64,000 nt of DNA from Occultella glacieicola (GTDB lineage: Bacteria > Actinomycetota > Actinomycetes > Actinomycetales > Beutenbergiaceae): NCBI RefSeq assembly GCF_004353825.1, contig NZ_SMNA01000007.1, positions 124,001-188,000 on the forward strand. Direction: 5' to 3'. Position numbers and translations under genes: made by a program. Shown one piece after another: positions 31,799-39,731 of the stretch. The notes under the pieces were generated by a model. That model did no database searches. It had not been told where the DNA came from and saw only the letters and a program-made list of their open reading frames with translations. Position 1 is the first letter of the stretch. Every line of letters begins with the position of its first letter.

Positions 31799-33124
31799 TC
31801 AGGCCAGGACCGTGCGCACCACCCGGCGGGAGGCCAGGGTGCCGAGCAGCACCAGCGCGCACGCGGCGGCCACGCTGAGTACGAACTGCAGCAGCACCGG
31901 CGTCGCGGTCAGGAACGCGTAGCCCAGTGCCGGGATCATGAACAGCAGCGCACCGGCGGTGGCCACCCCGACGGCCGCGGCCAGCGGGATCGACGTCTCC
32001 CGCAGCCGGGCGGCGTCCATGACCCGCAGGTCGGTGCCGGCCAGATGCAACGCCCGGTACTCACCGCCCTGATCGATGACCCGGCCCGCCTGCATGACCC
32101 CGGTGGAGACCGCCGCGACCACACCGGCGATCGCGAGCGTCAGGAAGCCGCCCGTAGCCATGTCGCGGTAGAGGTTCGCCTCGGCGGCGTCGCTCGCGAT
32201 CGCCGGGTCGAACATGGCGACGGCGGCGGCCAGGCCGGCGATGAACGTCGCCAGGGCGATCCCACCCACGCTGCGCCACGCCGTCTTCGGGGAGTCCACG
32301 AGGCGGCGGGCGGCGATCAGGGTGGCCACATCCTTGGTGCGACGCACCACGATGCGACCGACCACCGACATCACCCACGGACCGAGCAGGTTCAGCATCG
32401 CGAATCCGCCCGCGACCACCATGACGATCACCAGGATGCTGGCCAGGCCGGTGTTCCACAGCACCACGAACACCACCGCGAAGCCGAGGATCGGCACCAG
32501 CCGGGACCAGTGCAGCGGGTTCGGGGTGGTCCGCGCGGCCACGCCGAGCGGAGTGATCGCGACCTTCCGCAGGCTCGCGCCGGCCGAAAGCAGCGCCACC
32601 AGCGTCACGGCGAGCACCGCCACCGGGTACACCCACCACGGGGCTACCAGCTCGGCGAACGTGAAGGACCGGCCCTGGAACTGCAGCGGCAGCACGGTGA
32701 GGATCAGCAGGAACGACCCGGCCACGCCGATCAGGGAGCCGGCCAGCGCCTGGGCGGCCGCATCCAGCATCGTCATCAGCGAGACCTGCCCGGTGGTGGC
32801 GCCGGCCAGGCGCAGCGCGGCGAGGCGCTCGTCGCGGCGGGCCACGGCGAGCCGGGCGGCGGCCCCGCCGAGCGTCGCGAGCGGCACCATCAGCAGGATC
32901 GTGGCTGTGCCAGCGAGGGTGACGTAGAAGCCGCCGTCGGAACCGGGCGCGATGTCGGTCATCGCCCGGTCGACGAACGCGGCGAAGCCGCCGACCACCA
33001 ACAGGACGACGGCGGTGGTCACCGCGAAGGCCAGGACGGCGAGCACGCTCGTCAACCGCTGCGGGTCGGACCGGCCCGCGCTGCGGCCGCGCAGCAGCAA
33101 CCACAGGTCGAGTGCCGCCCTCAT
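31799..33124 (-). CDS. FtsX-like ABC transporter permease
   Basis: RRDERLAALRLAGAT; multiple TM segments. Confidence 0.85.
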   Translation of the reverse strand: MRAALDLWLLLRGRSAGRSDPQRLTSVLAVLAFAVTTAVVLLVVGGFAAFVDRAMTDIAPGSDGGFYVTLAGTATILLMVPLATLGGAAARLAVARRDERLAALRLAGATTGQVSLMTMLDAAAQALAGSLIGVAGSFLLILTVLPLQFQGRSFTFAELVAPWWVYPVAVLAVTLVALLSAGASLRKVAITPLGVAARTTPNPLHWSRLVPILGFAVVFVVLWNTGLASILVIVMVVAGGFAMLNLLGPWVMSVVGRIVVRRTKDVATLIAARRLVDSPKTAWRSVGGIALATFIAGLAAAVAMFDPAIASDAAEANLYRDMATGGFLTLAIAGVVAAVSTGVMQAGRVIDQGGEYRALHLAGTDLRVMDAARLRETSIPLAAAVGVATAGALLFMIPALGYAFLTATPVLLQFVLSVAAACALVLLGTLASRRVVRTVLA

Positions 33125-34008
33125 CGGGACACCGCGGTGACGCCGTCGGGCCTGCCGTACGGGCTGACCGGAGCGGGTCCGCCCGGGCTGGCGGCCGCAG
33201 CGAAGGGTGCCGCCTGCTGCGGCGCGGAACCAGGCCCGACGGCGGTGGCGGAGTCGGTGGTCCGGCTCTCGGCGGGTTGAGGTACTCCGGTGCGCTCACT
33301 CGGCACCCCGGTGCCGCGTGCGTGGTCCTGGGCCACCACGAGACCATCGCGCATGTGGACGGTGCGCGAGCACCAGCGGGCGACGCCCGGGTCGTGGGTC
33401 ACGATCACGAGGGCGGCGCCGGTCGCGCGGGTTGCCTCGGTCAGGACGCCGAGCACCTCGTGGCCGGTGTGCTGGTCGAGGGCGCCCGTCGGCTCGTCGG
33501 CGAAGACGACGCCGGGGGAGCCGACCAGGGCGCGGGCGATCGCGACCCGCTGGGCCTGCCCGCCGGAGAGCTCGCCGGGCCGGCGGGACTCCATGCCACC
33601 CAGGCCCAGGTAGGCGAGCCAGCGTCGGGCGGTGTCGGTCGCCTGCGCGCGCGGTGTCCCGGCGAGCATCAGCGGCAGGGCAGCGTTCTCGTCCGCGGGC
33701 AGTTCGGGCAGCAGCTGCCCGGACTGGAACACGAAGCCGAAGTCGGTGCGGCGCAGCCCGGTACGGGCGCGCTCCGACATCGACGAGAGGTCCTGCCCGG
33801 CTGAGACGACCTGCCCGGACGTCGCCGGCAGCACCCCGGCGAGGCAGTGCAGCAGGGTCGTCTTGCCGGAGCCGGAGGGGCCCATGATGGCCACCGACTC
33901 GCCCGGCGCGATGCTCAGGTCGACGCCGGCAAGCGCGGTGGTCCCGGTGCCGGCGGAGCCGTAGGTCTTCACCAGGGCGCGTGCGGTGAGAGGGGTACGT
34001 GAGGTCAT
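33121..34008 (-). CDS. ABC transporter ATP-binding protein (LolD-like)
   Basis: GPSGSGKTT, LSGGQ, ADEPTGALD and VTHD motifs. Confidence 0.92.
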   Translation of the reverse strand: MTSRTPLTARALVKTYGSAGTGTTALAGVDLSIAPGESVAIMGPSGSGKTTLLHCLAGVLPATSGQVVSAGQDLSSMSERARTGLRRTDFGFVFQSGQLLPELPADENAALPLMLAGTPRAQATDTARRWLAYLGLGGMESRRPGELSGGQAQRVAIARALVGSPGVVFADEPTGALDQHTGHEVLGVLTEATRATGAALVIVTHDPGVARWCSRTVHMRDGLVVAQDHARGTGVPSERTGVPQPAESRTTDSATAVGPGSAPQQAAPFAAAASPGGPAPVSPYGRPDGVTAVSR

Positions 34009-34179
34009 GCCACCCAGCCTCGCCGCCCTGCCGGGCCACGGCATCGGTCCCCGGAGGTGTCCTGGGCGGGTGCGCGTCCACCGGTGGTCGTCAGGGTGAG
34101 TCCGCCCACAGTCTGATGCCCCGATTGGAAACCAGGAGCGAACAACGGGTAGAGTGACCGTCGGTCCACGTGACCGTGA

Positions 34180-34252
34180 GCGCCCGTAGCTTAATGGATA
34201 GAGCATCTGACTACGGATCAGAAGGTTGGGGGTTCGAGTCCCTCCGGGCGCG
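34180..34252 (+). tRNA. tRNA-Arg (anticodon ACG); prophage attL
   Basis: Acceptor GCGCCCG/CGGGCGC; anticodon arm TCTGA-CTACGGA-TCAGA; T loop GGTTCGAGTCC; CCA not encoded. Confidence 0.97.
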
Positions 34253-34522
34253 CTTCACCGATAGACCCCCGTCAGGATCGCCCTGACGGGGGTCTATCCC
34301 GTCTCGGAGCCACACGTAGGGGACGCCGGTCCGCAGTGCCCACAGGCGCATGGTCGCGCCGTTCGGCTTCGATCGACCGTTGATCCAGTTACCAACCGCG
34401 TTGCGGCTGACCTCCAGGTAGTCGCCCATCTCCTGCACCCCGACGTCGGCGTGGCGCAGCGACAGCAGCATCCGATCTGCCAGGTCCGGGACCGGCACTC
34501 GGCCGGCTGTCATCTCACTCAT
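34211..34522 (-). CDS. Immunity repressor (XRE-type HTH), prophage form of 103 aa ending inside the tRNA
   Basis: VQEMGDYLEVSRNAVGNWING HTH; ends RARRDSNPQPSDP with TAG supplied by the tRNA anticodon loop. Confidence 0.9.
   Translation of the reverse strand: MSEMTAGRVPVPDLADRMLLSLRHADVGVQEMGDYLEVSRNAVGNWINGRSKPNGATMRLWALRTGVPYVWLRDGIDPRQGDPDGGLSVKRARRDSNPQPSDP
34214..34253 (+). repeat. attL core (40 bp)
   Basis: CGGATCAGAAGGTTGGGGGTTCGAGTCCCTCCGGGCGCGC, identical to 50055-50094. Confidence 0.97.
34260..34298 (+). terminator. 17-bp perfect hairpin directly after the tRNA (phage-supplied)
   Basis: GATAGACCCCCGTCAGG-ATCGC-CCTGACGGGGGTCTATC. Confidence 0.7.
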
Positions 34523-34528
34523 GCATGG

Positions 34529-34557
34529 AGCATTGCACCTACTCGCGACACGCGCAA
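34529..34557 (-). promoter_or_regulatory. Putative leftward repressor promoter (leaderless)
   Basis: Minus strand TTGCGC-17 bp-AATGCT, 6 nt before ATG 34522. Confidence 0.5.
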
Positions 34558-34570
34558 GGTCTAGCGGGTA

Positions 34571-34600
34571 TTGACAATGTGATTGTGCAATGCCCATACT
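34571..34600 (+). promoter_or_regulatory. Rightward early lytic promoter (leaderless)
   Basis: TTGACA-18 bp-CATACT, 7 nt before ATG 34608. Confidence 0.8.
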
Positions 34601-34607
34601 CGCCGAC

Positions 34608-34799
34608 ATGACCACGACTGCAGCAGAGTTGATCGGCAGCAAGGAAGCATGCCGGCTCCTCGACGTCGACCGGGCAACCCTGGTCCGTCGAGTGTGGGAC
34701 GGCACGCTCACCCCGGTAACGAAGATGCCGGGGAAGAACGGCGCATACGTGTTCGCTCGCGCCGACATCGCCGCGCTCGCCGAGGAGCGTGCGTCGTGA
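34608..34799 (+). CDS. Cro/excisionase-like HTH protein
   Basis: LIGSKEACRLLDVDRATLVRRV...YVFARADI; divergent from the repressor. Confidence 0.85.
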   Translation: MTTTAAELIGSKEACRLLDVDRATLVRRVWDGTLTPVTKMPGKNGAYVFARADIAALAEERAS

Positions 34800-34885
34800 A
34801 GCGCGCCGCCGACCTCGTCGCCCGGGTCGCGCTCGTCTCGGTTCCGCTCGCCGCTGTGCTGCTCGCCGGGTGGTGGGCAGCGTGA
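34796..34885 (+). CDS. 29-aa single-TM phage protein
   Basis: GAGGAG RBS; GTGA overlap with the cro-like stop; hydrophobic. Confidence 0.55.
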   Translation: MKRAADLVARVALVSVPLAAVLLAGWWAA

Positions 34886-35217
34886 GCGTCGGCCGAGGTT
34901 GCAAGTCACGTAAGGAGGTGATCCCATGTTCGGCTTCTTCTTCGGCCTCTTCGGCTGGGGTGACGAACTCATCTGACCCCGGAGCCCGGCTCGATCCTCC
35001 TCCCCCGGGGATCGAGCCGGGTGGGATCACCGACAAGACCCGCAAGCACGTGTTCGCCCTGCTGAACAAGCAGGGCATCACCGACCCCGACGTCCAGCGT
35101 CGGGGCATGACGAAGGTCCTCGGTCGCCCGGTCGAGTCCCGGTCGAGCCTCACCGAGGACGAGGGCCGGACCCTCGTCATGGAGCTGCAGGCCCGTGAAC
35201 GGCGGTACGCAAGATGA
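34882..35217 (+). CDS. Phage hypothetical protein
   Basis: GTGA overlap; helical C-terminal domain KHVFALLNKQGITD...SLTEDEGRTLVMEL; start uncertain. Confidence 0.55.
   Translation: MSVGRGCKSRKEVIPCSASSSASSAGVTNSSDPGARLDPPPPGIEPGGITDKTRKHVFALLNKQGITDPDVQRRGMTKVLGRPVESRSSLTEDEGRTLVMELQARERRYAR
34926..34976 (+). CDS. 16-aa micro-ORF MFGFFFGLFGWGDELI
   Basis: Preceded by AAGGAGGTGATCC (34912-34924); high-GC-type codon usage. Confidence 0.5.
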   Translation: MFGFFFGLFGWGDELI

Positions 35218-35438
35218 GGCATCACCACACCGAGGCACTCGACGTCGACGTCGACGAGCCCGTCCCCTACGTCCCGACCGACCTCCCCACCGCGCTCGCG
35301 ATGGTCGACCGCCTGGTCCTCGACCTCGCCCTACTCACGGGCGTCCCTGAGTCCGTCATCCGCATCCGGTACGGGGTCGTGTCCACGCCCATCGTGGACA
35401 TGCTCGTCTACGGATCGCCCGATCGGGAGCCGTCATGA
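35214..35438 (+). CDS. Phage hypothetical protein
   Basis: ATGA overlaps at both ends. Confidence 0.65.
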   Translation: MRHHHTEALDVDVDEPVPYVPTDLPTALAMVDRLVLDLALLTGVPESVIRIRYGVVSTPIVDMLVYGSPDREPS

Positions 35439-35653
35439 AGGCGACGCTCCGCGCGTTCGGGTGGGTCGCTGACCTCACCATCGGCCCCGTGCCCAAGCCC
35501 GCCGCCCCGCCGCCCGCAGCTCCAGCCGTGGGCACGCACCCGGTGGGTGGCTTGACCTCGTCCGTGGGGCACGGCCCCGGGCAGCGTGTGAACGCACGTA
35601 ACCCGTTCCCGCGTGCCGCCGGATTCCTCCGCAACGAGGAGCCGCCCCGATGA
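35435..35653 (+). CDS. Phage hypothetical protein
   Basis: GGGAG RBS; ATGA overlaps. Confidence 0.6.
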   Translation: MKATLRAFGWVADLTIGPVPKPAAPPPAAPAVGTHPVGGLTSSVGHGPGQRVNARNPFPRAAGFLRNEEPPR

Positions 35654-35856
35654 TGACCTACGTCGCGCAATGGCCCGTCCTGGACGATGACGCGCTACTC
35701 AGCGCGCTCAAGGTGGAGGCCCTCACCGACCTGGTCACCATGACGGCCAAGCTGCACCTGGTCCTCGTGGGCAACCCCGAGTGGGAGACGTCCGAGGTCG
35801 CCGGCAAGACGTTCCTAGGCGTGCGTGTCGGCGTCGTGAGGGTGTCAGCGTCGTGA
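35650..35856 (+). CDS. Phage hypothetical protein
   Basis: GAGGAG RBS; ATGA overlap. Confidence 0.65.
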   Translation: MMTYVAQWPVLDDDALLSALKVEALTDLVTMTAKLHLVLVGNPEWETSEVAGKTFLGVRVGVVRVSAS

Positions 35857-36254
35857 CGCCGGAGGAATGGCGCACAGTGCCCACCGCACCCGGCTACGAG
35901 GCATCGAGCCTCGGCCGGGTGCGGAACGCGCGCACGCTGCACGTCCTGAAGCCGCTCAGGCACGACAAGGGCTACCTCAAGGTCAAGTTGGGTCGCGCTC
36001 GCTACGACTACGTCCACAGGATCGTCTGTGAGGCGTTCCACGGCGAGCCGCCGAGTCAGCACGTCCACGATGCCGACCACAAGGACTTCGACCGCGAGAA
36101 CAACCGCCCAGCGAACCTCAGGTGGCTCCCCAAGCACCTGAACGCCTGGAGGTGGGACGGCTACCGCGATCCCGTCGAGGACGAGCCGTTCGAGCCGATC
36201 ACCGAGGCCGAGGGCAAGCAGCTCGACGCCGCCATGGCGAAGGCCGGGTGGTAG
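35853..36254 (+). CDS. NUMOD4/HNH homing-type endonuclease
   Basis: EEWRTVP..GYEASSLGRVR; VHRIVCEAFHG; DHKDFDRENNRPANLRW. Confidence 0.88.
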   Translation: MTPEEWRTVPTAPGYEASSLGRVRNARTLHVLKPLRHDKGYLKVKLGRARYDYVHRIVCEAFHGEPPSQHVHDADHKDFDRENNRPANLRWLPKHLNAWRWDGYRDPVEDEPFEPITEAEGKQLDAAMAKAGW

Positions 36255-36545
36255 CAGCACACGAACACGCAGTACGGCGTTCCTGCCTCTCCCGCCGCAG
36301 AAGCACACCAGAGAGGTCCGGCATACAGGTTGACCCGGGAACGGCCCGGGCCGGGTGCTCAGACACCGCGCGCAAACTCACCGTCTGGTCACTCGTCAGC
36401 ACAGCTCGCTCTCAAATCGAGAGCGGGCCATTCGTGTTGGCCGAGAGGGTATATCGGCTGATGGTTACCGGGAACTGGGGAAGGGGAGCCGCTCCGGGGA
36501 CAGCCCTCGCGCAGCGAGGTCCATCGATCAGTGGAGGTGAGCAGC

Positions 36546-36797
36546 ATGGACGACATCACGAGGGACCACCTCGGTCGGATGGTGTGCGACCACGAGACTC
36601 CAGGTGGTGCGCCCAAGTGCCCACTCTGCCGCCGGATCGTCCTCGACCTCCACGCCCCGAGCGATGCGAAGGTCAAGGCATGGCGCAGGCGGAACCGCGC
36701 CGGCACCCCGATGCCCGACTGGTTCAAGCAGCAGCTCACTCAGATGACCGAGCCCAAGCCCGAGCATCCCGACCTCCTCGATGGAGGTGCGTGGTGA
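36546..36797 (+). CDS. Phage hypothetical protein with possible Zn site
   Basis: GGAGGTG RBS; CDH...CPLC. Confidence 0.65.
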   Translation: MDDITRDHLGRMVCDHETPGGAPKCPLCRRIVLDLHAPSDAKVKAWRRRNRAGTPMPDWFKQQLTQMTEPKPEHPDLLDGGAW

Positions 36798-37087
36798 CCG
36801 GGGCATGGTCTGGACGGGTGGTGATGAACGAGCGTGCCCGCCTGGCGAAGCGGCTACCCGCGCCGTGCTGTCGGTGTGGCAAGCCGGTGCTGCCCGGGCA
36901 GAAGTGGCACGTGGACCACTACCCGATCCCGCGTGAGTTCGGCGGCACCGAGACTCACCCGGCCCACGAGCACTGCAACACCAGCGAGGGTGGCAAGCGC
37001 GGCGCGGCGATCACGAACGCACGACGACAACCGACCGCGTCGGCCGCGATGCGACCCGAGCGAGACCGAGGGATCAGAGGGATATGA
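36794..37087 (+). CDS. Small HNH endonuclease (packaging-associated type)
   Basis: CCRCG...WHVDH...PAHEHCN; immediately upstream of the terminase. Confidence 0.85.
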   Translation: MTGAWSGRVVMNERARLAKRLPAPCCRCGKPVLPGQKWHVDHYPIPREFGGTETHPAHEHCNTSEGGKRGAAITNARRQPTASAAMRPERDRGIRGI

Positions 37088-38634
37088 AGCATCTGACCGA
37101 CACCAAACCGGCGACACTTTTTGAGTTCGGCACGGAAGTCCTCGCATGGCGTCCCCTCCCGTTCTCTCCCTACCCCATCACGCGAGGTGGGCGACGTCGG
37201 GCCAAGCCAACATTCATCTCACGCATACCGCGCGACACGAACATAGCGACAGCGGTCAAGGGTGCCGACCTGTTCAAGTTGCCGATCACGACGCAGGGCG
37301 AGCAGGTCGCCGGGGTCCTGGAGTCGCTCGCCCCGGACGGGACCCCGTTGTATCCAACGGTCGCGATCCTCATGCCTAGACGTTCGACCAAGACCACCTC
37401 GATCTGGAATGTTCTCCTCGGCCGCTGCTACGCCCACCCTGGCTACAAGGTGGTCACGACGGCGCAGGACGGGATTCGCGCCCGGAACAAGTTCCGCGAG
37501 GTCCAGCGTGCTCTCGACGCGTTCGGGTTCAAGGAGCGCGGACTGGGCAAGCTCTACTGGGGCAACGGGTTCGAAGCGATCGAGTGGGCGAACGGGTCGA
37601 GGATGTGGGTGGTCCCACCCGACGCCGCCGCGTTCCGGTCCGAAGCTGCTGACTGCATGCTCTTCGATGAGGCCGGCGAACTGGACGAGGCGACGTCCGA
37701 GGACCTCGTCGCGGGTGCTCTGCCGCTCATGGACACCCGCCCGATGGGTCAGGTCATCATCACCGGCACCCCGTCACCGCGCCGGGCCGCCCTCCTGTGG
37801 GACACCCTCCAGGAGGGCCGCGACCGCAAGAAGCGTGACGTCGGGATCGTGGACTACTCGCTCCGTGACGACGAACCGTCCGTGCTCTACCCCGATGGTG
37901 AGGACTCCGAACCGGTCCTGAACGAGAAGCTGCTCTACCGGGTGCACCCCGGCATCGGCACCCTGACCACCATCAAGAAGATGCGCGCCCGGTTCGCGAA
38001 GATGACCCTGGTCAAGTTCGAGGCCGAGTACTTCTGCCGGTTCCCGACCGACCACACCGTGACCGCGATCAACCCAGCGAAGTGGGACACCGCCCGCGCC
38101 GAGGTCCTCCCGGTCCGGCCCGACCGCGTCGGCCTGGCGTTCGACGTCGCCCCGGACTCATCCGCCGCCGCCCTGGTCGCGGCGTGGCGAGACGAGGACG
38201 GCCGCGCCCATATCGAGGTGATCGGCTACCGGTCCGGCGTCGCGTGGCTCCCCGGCGCGGGCAAGGCCGCGGCGATCAAGCACCGGTGCGCGGTCGCCTA
38301 CGACGTGATCGGTGCGAACACGAACCCGGCCGACACCATGCACCGGTCCCGCGTCCAGGTCACCGGCTACAACATCCGCCACCAGCAAGGCGCACAGCAG
38401 CGGTTCGTCGACGAGCTCGACCGCGAGAACCTGACCCACTACGACCAGACCGACCTCAACCTCGCGGCCGAGGGTGCGAACTGGCGCAACGTGAACGAGG
38501 GCGGTCGCCTGTTCGGGAGGAAGGCATCCGCGTCCGACGTGTCCCCGATCGTCGCCGCCGCCCTGGCGCTCTGGCAGTACGACCAGGTCCCCGACCGCCA
38601 ACCCATGAAGATCCGTACCACCGCGACACGCTGA
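37084..38634 (+). CDS. Terminase large subunit
   Basis: Walker A-like MPRRSTKT; Walker B LFDEAG; ITGTP; nuclease LAFDV and DVSPIVA. Confidence 0.9.
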   Translation: MKHLTDTKPATLFEFGTEVLAWRPLPFSPYPITRGGRRRAKPTFISRIPRDTNIATAVKGADLFKLPITTQGEQVAGVLESLAPDGTPLYPTVAILMPRRSTKTTSIWNVLLGRCYAHPGYKVVTTAQDGIRARNKFREVQRALDAFGFKERGLGKLYWGNGFEAIEWANGSRMWVVPPDAAAFRSEAADCMLFDEAGELDEATSEDLVAGALPLMDTRPMGQVIITGTPSPRRAALLWDTLQEGRDRKKRDVGIVDYSLRDDEPSVLYPDGEDSEPVLNEKLLYRVHPGIGTLTTIKKMRARFAKMTLVKFEAEYFCRFPTDHTVTAINPAKWDTARAEVLPVRPDRVGLAFDVAPDSSAAALVAAWRDEDGRAHIEVIGYRSGVAWLPGAGKAAAIKHRCAVAYDVIGANTNPADTMHRSRVQVTGYNIRHQQGAQQRFVDELDRENLTHYDQTDLNLAAEGANWRNVNEGGRLFGRKASASDVSPIVAAALALWQYDQVPDRQPMKIRTTATR

Positions 38635-38675
38635 GCCGCAATGCGCAAATAGTGGGCAATGCACAGAAGCGGCGC

Positions 38676-38681
38676 TATGCT
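38676..38681 (+). promoter_or_regulatory. Putative -10 of a leaderless late promoter
   Basis: TATGCT 7 nt before ATG 38689 in an AT-richer intergenic gap. Confidence 0.5.
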
Positions 38682-38688
38682 CCTGCCC

Positions 38689-39729
38689 ATGGGCATCCGG
38701 AGTGTGTTCGACCTCGCTAGTCGGGTCGCGTCCGGGACTGCCCTGCCCAAGACCACCCGGCTCGCGTCGCCCTACGCCGGGGCGAACACCCTGACCAAGG
38801 TCGCGGTCGCGGACATGTGGGGCGAGGACGGTCCGCTGTTCGCGACCTACCTCGACGCGATGCGCGTCCCGGCGATCGTCAAGGGCCGAGCACTGATCGT
38901 CGGCACCCTCTCCCGGCAGCCGCTCGCGAAGTTCCGAGGCTCCGAAAAGGTCAAGTCCGACCCGTGGATGTACCGGACCTCGACCGCACAGAACCCGCAG
39001 GCACGGATGCTCTGGACCATCGATGACTGCATCATGTACGGCTCGTCCCTGTGGGCTGTCCAGCGTGGCAGCAAGGAGCAGATCACGGATGCGATCCGGG
39101 TCCTGCCCGATGAGTGGGAACTGGACGACGACCTCCGGATCAAGGTCCGAGGCCAGAAGGTCGACGCCGATGAAGTGATCCTGTTCGAGGGTCCGCAGCT
39201 TGGCCTGCTCGAAATCGCCGCCGCCGACATTCGCGCCTCGATCGCGATGGGCCGCTCGTGGGCGCAGCGGGTCGACTCCCCGGTCCCGCTCGTCGCACTC
39301 AAGATCGAGGACGCGAACCACGAACCCACGGACGACGAGGCTGACCAACTGATCGAGAGTTGGGAGACTGCGCGCCGTAAGGGCGGCACTGCGCTCCTGC
39401 CCTACGGCCTCGGCATGGACGTTCACGGCGAGACGCCCACCGACCTGTACGTCAACGGTCGCAACGCTGCCCGCCTGGACTGGGCGAACTACCTCGCGTT
39501 GCCGGCGTCCCTGCTCGACGGGTCCACCGCGACCGCGTCGCTCACGTACTCCACGAAGCAGGACTCCCGGAACGAACTCGTGGATTTGTCCCTCGCCTAC
39601 TGGGCGACCCCGATCGAGGCGCGCCTGTCCCAGGACGACGTCGTCCCCTCCGGCACCCGAACCGCGTTCGACCTCGAATATCTCGCATCCCCGACCCAGC
39701 CGACCCAGTCGCCGGCCCGAGAGGACTGA
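38689..39729 (+). CDS. Portal protein
   Basis: AMRVPAIVKGRALI, SLTYST and PIEARLSQDD; position after the terminase. Confidence 0.88.
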   Translation: MGIRSVFDLASRVASGTALPKTTRLASPYAGANTLTKVAVADMWGEDGPLFATYLDAMRVPAIVKGRALIVGTLSRQPLAKFRGSEKVKSDPWMYRTSTAQNPQARMLWTIDDCIMYGSSLWAVQRGSKEQITDAIRVLPDEWELDDDLRIKVRGQKVDADEVILFEGPQLGLLEIAAADIRASIAMGRSWAQRVDSPVPLVALKIEDANHEPTDDEADQLIESWETARRKGGTALLPYGLGMDVHGETPTDLYVNGRNAARLDWANYLALPASLLDGSTATASLTYSTKQDSRNELVDLSLAYWATPIEARLSQDDVVPSGTRTAFDLEYLASPTQPTQSPARED

Positions 39730-39731
39730 CC

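Noticed and set aside
34523..34972. 253-aa repressor as given by the ORF track
   Set aside because: The extension runs antisense over the cro-like gene and both promoters; the HTH protein plausibly starts at 34522 or 34513
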